Shown here: piece after piece, positions 10,001 through 16,713 of the stretch | Position numbering within the stretch: the stretch's first letter is position 1 | Layout of the letters: every line of letters begins with the position of its first letter | Assembly: GCA_964014485.1 (NCBI GenBank) | Contig: CAXHAT010000138.1 | Coordinates: 1-21,709, forward strand | Direction: 5' to 3' | Source: an uncultured Deferribacteres bacterium | GTDB lineage: Bacteria; Zhuqueibacterota; Zhuqueibacteria; Zhuqueibacterales; Geothermadaptataceae | DNA length: 21,709 nucleotides | Position numbers and translations under genes: made by a program | The notes under the pieces: generated by a model | Told to the model about the DNA's origin: nothing | Databases searched by the model: none | Seen by the model: only the letters and a program-made list of their open reading frames with translations

Positions 10001-11655
10001 AAGGAGACGTCATCATTTCCGCACATGAAACAACCGGCGGTGAGATTGAGATTTCAGTCTTGGATACGGGGATCGGGATTCCACAAGAAAATCACGAAAC
10101 CGTCTTTCAATCTTTCGAACAAGCTGACGCTTCGACGACGCGCGAGTATGGCGGCACAGGCTTGGGACTTTCGATCACCAAACAATTGGTGGAACTGCAC
10201 GGCGGTAAAATTTGGCTAAAATCACAGCCCGGCGAGGGGGCGAAGTTTTTCTTCACGCTGCCAATCGCAAATCAAGTGCCTGGCGAAGAGAAGAATGATA
10301 TTGGAGTAAGCGGTGAGTCGGAAAAATTGTTTGCGCCGGGTTTGGCGCGCGTTCAGGAAACTAACGGCAATGCGCAAGATATTTTCGTGGAAGAAAGCGG
10401 CCGCGCGAACGACGCGTTTCGCATTCTCGTCGTGGACGACGAGCCAGTCAATCAGCAAGTTTTAACCAATCATTTGCAGCCGCTGAATTACAACGTGACC
10501 CAAGCGTTTGACGGCGAACAAGCTTTGCGAGCCGTTGAGAAGGAAGCGCATTTTGACTTGATTTTGCTCGACATTATGATGCCGCGCATGTCCGGCTACG
10601 AAGTCTGCGGAAAAATTCGCGAACAATATTTGCCGAGTGAATTGCCGGTGATTATGGTGACGGCGAAAGATCAGGTCGGCGATTTAGTGGAAGGCTTCCT
10701 TTCCGGCGCCAACGACTATCTGGCCAAGCCTTTTTCCAAAGACGAATTGCTGGCGCGCATCAAAACGCACTTGAATCTTTACAACATCAATTCCGCTTAC
10801 GGACGTTTTGTGCCGCACGAATTTTTACGCGCCTTGGGCCATGAATCGATCATCGACGTCAGCGCCGGTGATCAAGTGAGCCAAGAAATGACCGTGTTAT
10901 TTTCTGATATTCGCGGTTACAGCGCCTTGTCGGAATCAATGAGCCCGCAGGAAAATTTTAACTTCTTGAATGCGTACTTGCGCCGCGTCGGGCCGGTGAT
11001 TGCGGAAAACCAGGGTTTTGTGAATCAATATTACGGCGACGGCATTATGGCGCTGTTTTGGGGCGGGGCGGATCGCGCCGTGCAAGCGGCCATCGATTTG
11101 CAAAAAAACGTTGCAAACTACAATCTTGAGCGCGAGAAAAAGGGGCGCTCGCCGGTCGAGATTGGCGTCGGTTTAAACACGGGGCCTTTGATGATGGGCA
11201 TTCTCGGCGACAGCGGCAGAATGAACGCGGGCGTGGTCTCTGACGCGGTCAACACCGCCGCGCGCATGGAAGGTCTGACAAAATTCTACAATGCGCCGAT
11301 TATCATCAGCGAAAATACATTGGCGAAAATTCGCCAGCTCGAAAGCTTTGCGATTCGGCGTTTGGGCCGGGTGCAAGTTAAAGGTAAAGTTGATGCCGTC
11401 ACAGTTTTCGAAATCATCTGCGGCGAAGACGAAAAAACGGTGCGTCTAAAAACCGAAACAACGGCACTTTTCGAACAGGGCGTGGACAAATACCTTTCGC
11501 GAGACTTTGCAGATTCGGCGGATATCTTTCATGAAATTGTACACCGGAACCTGGGAGACAAGACGGCGAAAATATATGCGGAACGAGCGAGCTTGCGTCG
11601 CGAAAAAGGCGCGCCTGAAGATTGGGACGGAGTGGAAAAGATGAAGGAAAAATAA
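7033..11655 (+). CDS. Membrane hybrid sensor: periplasmic beta-propeller + Y_Y_Y + TM + HisKA + HATPase + REC + class III adenylate/guanylate cyclase
   Basis: Signal-like segment ending ALG-Q; propeller repeats (QD..GR.Y.G); Y_Y_Y-like KDYTNLPHGDFQFRVRA; TM PPWYQTWWAYAIYALLFL; H-box FLANTSHELRTPL; N/G boxes NLIGNAVKFT, DTGIGI, GGTGLGL; REC VVDDE..LLDIMMP..AKPF; cyclase LFSDIRGY..GDGIMA..GVGLNTG..DAVNTAARME. The exact start is uncertain. Confidence 0.92.
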   Translation: MKTFYSPGTAYKRSFYSPEKSVLLKNLRFQRSRRAVSFIGAFLALALSPALGQSQDFSSIKETGVPFMQNFGFEEYGAHPQNWGLVQDERGRMYFGNTEGIIIYDGVRWHSIKLPNQSFVFALAQDQTGRIYAGGQNEFGYLSPDSVGQLRYVSLTPQLPEEHRAFGFISQIQISGEYVYFQSLSRLFRWQPRLAASEDSLTGDFKIWRSKTRFLSLYNVGGEIFTREHLNGLVRVDGDSIHSVPGGEIFATESLANIFTFSRTPDERAILIVSSVQGLFVIESDAITPFPTQADDLLRQGDIFYACELEDGTLAMGTAHYGLLRLNTQGNLLQILDKSSGLIDQNVHDMRADAQGGFWATFDKGLARLEIPGPFSIFTAKQGLEGSVYNIVRHQGKIYIATSVGVFHLVESENARPVFRLLQNFNNESWWLLSAGEVLLVATSEGVHAFKDGRITQLNKDISFTLFRSTFNPSQIFIGLNDGLALLEFSSNQWRYSGRILTAKSDVRSITQSDNGDVWLGTGYEGVIRIPDWPRAVFGKTDSSAIDFDEYGEANGLPPGGAFVVSVNNDVRFATRQGLRFYAENPNMFFPDSSLGVAFADSSFQIGRVVQESGGSVWLQKVSANSLETGVLQMQQTGSYVWNARPFMRIADLARELSQIYPEENGVTWFATIDAVVRYDSRIAKNYSREHHALVGRVLLNGDSLIFGGYGTADFAAPELHYANHTFRFEYAATSFDHPAANQFQTFLEGFDETWSSWTHETQKDYTNLPHGDFQFRVRAKNVYGNLSREDSFSFSIAPPWYQTWWAYAIYALLFLTAVFVVGKIYGDYRAKEQAKELAREREINDRLRKVDKLKDEFLANTSHELRTPLNGVIGLTESLLDGAGGDLPPKAAADLGLVVASGKRLSSMVNDLLDFSKLKTHELTLVKKPVDLHVIAELVLKFSETLIGGKALALQNRVPKKLPPVDADESRLQQILYNLIGNAVKFTREGDVIISAHETTGGEIEISVLDTGIGIPQENHETVFQSFEQADASTTREYGGTGLGLSITKQLVELHGGKIWLKSQPGEGAKFFFTLPIANQVPGEEKNDIGVSGESEKLFAPGLARVQETNGNAQDIFVEESGRANDAFRILVVDDEPVNQQVLTNHLQPLNYNVTQAFDGEQALRAVEKEAHFDLILLDIMMPRMSGYEVCGKIREQYLPSELPVIMVTAKDQVGDLVEGFLSGANDYLAKPFSKDELLARIKTHLNLYNINSAYGRFVPHEFLRALGHESIIDVSAGDQVSQEMTVLFSDIRGYSALSESMSPQENFNFLNAYLRRVGPVIAENQGFVNQYYGDGIMALFWGGADRAVQAAIDLQKNVANYNLEREKKGRSPVEIGVGLNTGPLMMGILGDSGRMNAGVVSDAVNTAARMEGLTKFYNAPIIISENTLAKIRQLESFAIRRLGRVQVKGKVDAVTVFEIICGEDEKTVRLKTETTALFEQGVDKYLSRDFADSADIFHEIVHRNLGDKTAKIYAERASLRREKGAPEDWDGVEKMKEK

Positions 11656-11661
11656 ACCAAC

Positions 11662-13731
11662 ATGCAAGTACGGATCGCAGCGTTTCTCAAATCTCTTCGT
11701 CCTTTATTAGAAGTGCTTCATAGTGAATGTCGTCAGTTTTCCGCTGGTGAAACCGTCGTGCGCGAAAACGAGCGTGATGATGCGCTTTTTTTTCTCGAAA
11801 AGGGCCAAGTACGTATCATTTGGGGAGCTGATAAATTTGAATTAGCCGTCGTGCAGGCTCCTGAAGTGCTCGGAGAATTGGCTTATCTGCAAAACGCTTC
11901 TCACTCAGCGACGGCCGTTGCGATAGATGAATGCTCGGTCATCATTTTACCGCGGAATGCTGTTCAAAAGCTCAAAGATATTCGCCCCGATTTGCATGAA
12001 CATTTGTACGAATATCTCCTGGAAATTCTTGCGTCACGTTTCCGTTACAACGCGGATATGCGCCATCAACTGGCCGTACAAAAAAAGGAAATTAGCGAGC
12101 TGAGCGACAAGCTTAAAGAAATGGATCGGCTTAAGTCGCGTTTTTTCACCAACATTTCCCACGAACTGCGCACGCCATTGACTTTAATTCTGGGCCAGAT
12201 CGAAACGGTGATGGAAAATTCCGGCGGCGAAAATAATCGTCAGAAATTGCAAATGGCTTTTCGCAACGCTAAACAATTGCTGCGCTTGATCAACCAATTG
12301 TTAGACCTCGCCAAATTTGACGCGCAACGGATGACGCTGAACGCCTCGCCCGGAAACATTGTGCCGTTGCTGAGGAATCTCACTTACTCATTCGAGTCCC
12401 TGGCGCACAAAAAACGAATCATGCTGTTTTTCGAGTCCGAACAAGATGAAGTTATTATCAATTTTGAGCAGGACAAGATTGAGAAAATCATGTACAATCT
12501 GCTCTCGAACGCCTTTAAATTCACGCCGGAAGGAGGGAGAATCAGTGTTCAGTTGTCAGTAATCAGTGATCAATCGCCGAGCAAGTCACTAAATACAAAT
12601 GACGACTTACTCATAACTGTCCGCGACAGCGGCGTCGGCATTCCCAGAGATAGATTGCCGCACGTCTTCGACCGATTTTACCAGGCCGATCATTCGCAAA
12701 CGCGAGAGTTTGAAGGAACCGGCGTCGGCTTGGCTTTAACGAAAGAACTCGTGGAGCTGCACGGCGGCGCGATTTCGGCGGAAAGCGAAGAAGGTTTTGG
12801 CGCAGCGTTTTCCGTTCGTCTGCCGGTGGTCAGTTTTCAGTCTTCAGTTTCCAGTGATCAAGCCGACGCAAATATTTTTTATAAGACTGACGCTCAAGAT
12901 TTCCAAAATTCCAACAATCCAACACGCCCAAAATCGATCAAACCAACAAAAAAGGGCGACTTTGTGCTCATTGTCGAAGACAACGACGACGTGCGGGCTT
13001 ACATCCGGCAAACATTGGAAAATGACTATCGCATCATAGAAGCTGCGGATGGCGAAGAAGGCTTTAAACGGGCGCAGGAATACATCCCCGATCTTATTAT
13101 CACCGACGTGATGATGCCGAAAGTTGACGGTTACGCGCTGAGCCGCATGCTGCGCGAAGACGAAGTGACGAGCCACATTCCGATCATCATGCTCACCGCA
13201 AAGGCGGGGGAAGATGAACGCATTGAAGGCTTCGAAACCGGCGTGGACGCTTACTTGATCAAGCCGTTCAGCGCGAAAGAACTGCGCGTTCGTATACGCA
13301 AGCTGATTGAACTGCGGCGTGCGATACAGCAAAATCTTCGAGAATCCGGACTCGATTCGCAAGAATCCAAAACGGAGCAAACAACGCTAAAAATCAGCGC
13401 GCTCGATCAGGCTTTTCTTGATCGCTTGCAAAAGCTTGTGTTGGAAAACTTGAATGATGAAAAATTTACGGCGCCCGTTCTGTCTCGAAAAATCGGCATG
13501 AGCGAGCGGCAATTACATCGCAAACTCAAATCATTGCTTGATTGCTCCCCGGGGCGGTTCATTCGCGACCAACGCATTTACGCCGCGAAAAATCTATTGC
13601 AAGACGGCGGCCTTACGATAACCGAAGCCGCTTTTCAGGTCGGCTACAACAGCCTTTCCTCCTTCACCCGCGCCTTCCGCGAAACCTTCGGCCAAACGCC
13701 GACGGATTTTCTAAAGCAACGGCTTGGTTAA
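11662..13731 (+). CDS. Soluble hybrid regulator: cNMP-binding domain + HisKA + HATPase + REC + AraC-type HTH
   Basis: cNMP fold (FSAGETVVRENE..LFFLEKGQVRI..LGELAYL..HSATAVA); H-box FFTNISHELRTPL; NLLSNAFKFT, DSGVGI, GTGVGL; REC IVEDN..ITDVMMP..IKPF; AraC IGMSERQLHRKLK...ITEAAFQVGYNSLSSFTRAFRETFGQTP. No TM segment seen. Confidence 0.92.
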   Translation: MQVRIAAFLKSLRPLLEVLHSECRQFSAGETVVRENERDDALFFLEKGQVRIIWGADKFELAVVQAPEVLGELAYLQNASHSATAVAIDECSVIILPRNAVQKLKDIRPDLHEHLYEYLLEILASRFRYNADMRHQLAVQKKEISELSDKLKEMDRLKSRFFTNISHELRTPLTLILGQIETVMENSGGENNRQKLQMAFRNAKQLLRLINQLLDLAKFDAQRMTLNASPGNIVPLLRNLTYSFESLAHKKRIMLFFESEQDEVIINFEQDKIEKIMYNLLSNAFKFTPEGGRISVQLSVISDQSPSKSLNTNDDLLITVRDSGVGIPRDRLPHVFDRFYQADHSQTREFEGTGVGLALTKELVELHGGAISAESEEGFGAAFSVRLPVVSFQSSVSSDQADANIFYKTDAQDFQNSNNPTRPKSIKPTKKGDFVLIVEDNDDVRAYIRQTLENDYRIIEAADGEEGFKRAQEYIPDLIITDVMMPKVDGYALSRMLREDEVTSHIPIIMLTAKAGEDERIEGFETGVDAYLIKPFSAKELRVRIRKLIELRRAIQQNLRESGLDSQESKTEQTTLKISALDQAFLDRLQKLVLENLNDEKFTAPVLSRKIGMSERQLHRKLKSLLDCSPGRFIRDQRIYAAKNLLQDGGLTITEAAFQVGYNSLSSFTRAFRETFGQTPTDFLKQRLG

Positions 13732-13759
13732 TGCCTGAGAAATCGTTTCAAAAAGAAAA

Positions 13760-14107
13760 TCAATCTAAGTCAAGATAGTTCTTAACGGCTTGTTCAAGCT
13801 CTTTCAATTTCCCAGGCGTACATGCTCCGACATAGCCTACACATTTGGACTTCTCAATCGTTGTGATCTGGTGAGCCAAAGCTGCGCACTTTTTATTCAG
13901 GCCAGACTCGCCTTTTGAAAAAAGGACGGTCGACGGACTTTTCCCAAGCCATCCTTCGCTCGTTGTCAGCGGGACAATCGTTAAAGACTTCCAGTTTGGC
14001 GCGTTGCTGAAACTGTTATGAGAAACGATGATTCCGGGACGCATGCCTTGCTGCTCAGAACCGCTGCGAGGCTGCAAACGAATAAGGAAAATATCCCCTT
14101 TTACCAC
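13760..14107 (-). CDS. mazF: PemK/MazF-family endoribonuclease toxin (type II TA)
   Basis: Motifs KGDIFLI..GSEQQGMRPGIIVS..IVPLTT..QITTIEK; GTG start preceded by GGAGG; overlaps the antitoxin stop by 7 nt. Confidence 0.88.
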   Translation of the reverse strand: MVKGDIFLIRLQPRSGSEQQGMRPGIIVSHNSFSNAPNWKSLTIVPLTTSEGWLGKSPSTVLFSKGESGLNKKCAALAHQITTIEKSKCVGYVGACTPGKLKELEQAVKNYLDLD

Positions 14108-14358
14108 TCCGTTTCCTCCAGCAATTGACGCGTGACGACAGGATCGAATTCCTGCACAAACTCTTCGCTGTGTTTCGCATTTTTCTCAACGTATTTGTCG
14201 AAAGCCTCCGCCAGTTTTCGCTTTTTGTTCTCTTCCACAAATCTTGACAAAACGCTTTCAATCACTTTGTTCAAGCTGACCTTTTGGTGCGCGGCAATCG
14301 CTTTCAAGTCATTGTAAAGCTCGTTGCTCACGCGAGCATGTACCTGTTGTATCGCCAT
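14101..14358 (-). CDS. Putative ribbon-helix-helix antitoxin
   Basis: 85 aa; N-terminal RHH pattern (VHARVSNELYNDLKAIA...VSLNKVI); acidic C-terminus; directly upstream of and overlapping the toxin. Confidence 0.75.
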   Translation of the reverse strand: MAIQQVHARVSNELYNDLKAIAAHQKVSLNKVIESVLSRFVEENKKRKLAEAFDKYVEKNAKHSEEFVQEFDPVVTRQLLEETEW

Positions 14359-14508
14359 GATTTAGTTGTTCTCCCTGCATAGATACTTTTTTTGGTGAAG
14401 TCATTGGTATCAAAAAATGGAGCAAAAAACAAGAAATTAATGCAACCGCTTTCTACTAGCTATTCTGACAACCAATCACTGAATACTTTTTACTAACTAC
14501 TGCTTCAC

Positions 14509-14584
14509 GGCGAATTCTGAACAACGTTGGCGAAAACTGCATAACGTTGGCGAAATCCGCACACTTTTTGGCGAATTCTGAACA
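14509..14584 (+). promoter_or_regulatory. Four direct repeats with 20-21 bp period; candidate AraC/HTCS operator
   Basis: GGCGAATTCTGAACA (14509), GGCGAAAACTGCATA (14529), GGCGAAATCCGCACA (14549), GGCGAATTCTGAACA (14570), upstream of P4. Confidence 0.65.
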
Positions 14585-14677
14585 GCCCGCCATCATCAAT
14601 TCCTTTATTTTTGCATAGCAATAAAACGGAAGCCCGGATTGCAATCTGGGCCTTTCGGAACAAAACCCCTGGATGCA

Positions 14678-14727
14678 CGACGGCGGGCGGCAAAGCAAGA
14701 TGCTGCGTCGCCTGTCGTCGATTTTTT
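14678..14727 (+). terminator. Terminator-like hairpin in the leader of P4 (possible attenuator)
   Basis: CGACGGCGGGCGGCAAAGCA-AGA-TGCTGCGTCGCCTGTCGTCG followed by ATTTTTT, about 50 nt before the start codon. Confidence 0.5.
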
Positions 14728-14779
14728 AATTCGGAAGAAGCTTTTTGCTGATGTAGAAACTAAAATGAAGGACAACAAA

Positions 14780-16615
14780 ATGAACACTGTAAAACGATCC
14801 CTCAAAAATTTTGTCATCGTTCTACTTTTCTCTCTTCTCGCAACCTCGGCGTTTGCGCAAGACGTGTTTGTGAATTGGAATTCGACAACTTCGGGCGATC
14901 TGGATGGGACAACCGTCACCTTGAGCGGTATGGATAGCCATGACTTTTTTTCAGCAGACCTGACTGGCCCCGATTATTCCGCCGCTCCCGGTTCAGTTTC
15001 GCAACAGACTGTGTCCTATAGTGTTAACAGTGCCGTCGTCACCGCGACCTTTAGCCAGCCGGTGTCCGGTATCCGGTTGTATCTGGTCTTTTGGAGACCC
15101 GACATCACGTTTACTTTCAGTGAGCCGTTCACAGTTTCTTCAGGTTTAACAACTTCAACCGTTTCCAGAGATCAAATCACCACGCCGCCTTCGGCGTTTG
15201 GAGACGGTATCATCGAATTCACTGGCCCCGTTTCTTCCCTGACCATTACTTCCAACGCACCTCCGATGAATTTTAGCAGACAAGGGATTACTTTTAGCAA
15301 AGCTGGACCCGCCAACAGCGATCCGACTGCCAACGCCGGCGGAGATCAACAAGTCTGCGCGTCCGGCGCCTCGACGAACGTCACGTTGGACGGTTCCGGC
15401 TCCAGCGACCCTGACGGCGACGCCCTGACTTACACTTGGACAGAAGGCGCAGCCACGATTGCGACCAGCGTGAATCCAAGCGTTTCTCTGAGCGTGGGGA
15501 CGCACACAATCGAATTGACTGTTGACGACGGCAACGGCGGAACCGATACGGATGAAGTCGTCATCGAGATATTTGCCAACCCGACCGCAGACGCCGGTGC
15601 AGATCAGGAAGTTTTTCAGGGTTTTAGCACGCAAATCGGCGGCGGCCCGACAGGTTCGGGCGGAACCGGCGCGCTGACTTTTTCCTGGACGCCGACCGAC
15701 GGACTCGACAATCCCGCGATTGCCAATCCAACCGCGACCCCTGCGGCAACCACGACTTACACCGTGACCGTAACCGACGCCAACGGCTGCGAAAGCACGG
15801 ATCAAATGACTGTGACCGTACTCTCCAACGCCGACGTGATCACAATGGCGCTTGCCGACGTTCAGGCGCTTATCAATAATCCCAGCACACCTTCAAGCGC
15901 TTTGGGCGCGCTGCAGGACGCCGTTGACGCGCTTAACGACGCACTGGCCGCCAGCGCCGCCGGAGACACGAAAGACATGCTCGACGCCATGCGCGACGCC
16001 GCCGACGCTTTGGAAAAAGCGCGTCACAAAGGCGCCAACACCGATCCGATTGCGACGCAGCTTTCCAGTTTGGCCAGACACACCGCCGTGCAAAAGCGCG
16101 ATGAAGCTTTCGCCTGCGATCCGACGCCGAGCGGCAAAATGCTCGACGACATTGAAGACGGCGACAAAGACTTGGCCGACGGCGACGCTGAAGTGAACGG
16201 AACCTATCACGGCGACGGGATCAAGGACTATCGCAAGGCGTGGGAAGATTATTGTGACGCGTTGAATCGCTGCCAGAACCCTAAGGCGGTAAGCAGTGAA
16301 CAGTATACAGTGACTAGTCCACAGGTTACAGTTCACAGTTTCGCGCTGCATCAGAATTACCCGAATCCGTTCAACCCGAGCACGACAATTCAGTTTGATC
16401 TGGTGGATGCGGGTTATGTGTCGCTGAACATTTACAACAGCGCGGGACAGCTCGTGCGCACTCTGGTTTCCGGCGACTACGCTCCCGGCGCGCACAAGAT
16501 CGTTTGGGACGCGCGTGATGATTCCGGCGCCCGCGTGGCCAGCGGACTCTATCTCTACACGATCAAAGCCGGGCAGCAATTCGCTGCGCAGAAAAAGCTG
16601 CTGTTGATGAAGTAA
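14780..16615 (+). CDS. Secreted protein: unassigned N-terminal beta domain + PKD + Ig-like + acidic helical domain + CTD (P4)
   Basis: AAGGA lies before ATG 14780 (alternative ATG at 14765). The signal peptide ends in AFA-Q. PKD motif PTANAGGDQ..VTLDGSGSSDPDGDALTYTW..LTVDDGNG; an Ig repeat closely matching P1; shared cassette. Confidence 0.88.
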   Translation: MNTVKRSLKNFVIVLLFSLLATSAFAQDVFVNWNSTTSGDLDGTTVTLSGMDSHDFFSADLTGPDYSAAPGSVSQQTVSYSVNSAVVTATFSQPVSGIRLYLVFWRPDITFTFSEPFTVSSGLTTSTVSRDQITTPPSAFGDGIIEFTGPVSSLTITSNAPPMNFSRQGITFSKAGPANSDPTANAGGDQQVCASGASTNVTLDGSGSSDPDGDALTYTWTEGAATIATSVNPSVSLSVGTHTIELTVDDGNGGTDTDEVVIEIFANPTADAGADQEVFQGFSTQIGGGPTGSGGTGALTFSWTPTDGLDNPAIANPTATPAATTTYTVTVTDANGCESTDQMTVTVLSNADVITMALADVQALINNPSTPSSALGALQDAVDALNDALAASAAGDTKDMLDAMRDAADALEKARHKGANTDPIATQLSSLARHTAVQKRDEAFACDPTPSGKMLDDIEDGDKDLADGDAEVNGTYHGDGIKDYRKAWEDYCDALNRCQNPKAVSSEQYTVTSPQVTVHSFALHQNYPNPFNPSTTIQFDLVDAGYVSLNIYNSAGQLVRTLVSGDYAPGAHKIVWDARDDSGARVASGLYLYTIKAGQQFAAQKKLLLMK

Positions 16616-16627
16616 CCTCAGGCCATA

Positions 16628-16654
16628 TGCAACGCACTTCCGAAGTGCGTCGCA
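16628..16654. repeat. REP-like palindrome, copy 1
   Basis: TGCAACGCACTT-CCG-AAGTGCGTCGCA in the P4-P5 spacer; related to 18754-18781. Confidence 0.55.
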
Positions 16655-16713
16655 CGTTCCACGCCCTCGTAAATAAGTTTCTATTTTTCATATTCAAAAC
16701 AGCGGAGAATCCC

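Noticed and set aside
14382..14417. GATAC...GTATC inverted repeat as a TA autoregulatory operator
   Set aside because: Too short to distinguish from chance.
14509..14584. Possible mini-CRISPR array
   Set aside because: The period is only 20-21 bp with no room for spacers, and there are no cas genes.
14627..14727. c-di-GMP-I or another known riboswitch
   Set aside because: It lacks the GGCAAA..GAAA..GACGCAAAG arrangement; kept only as an unassigned structured leader.
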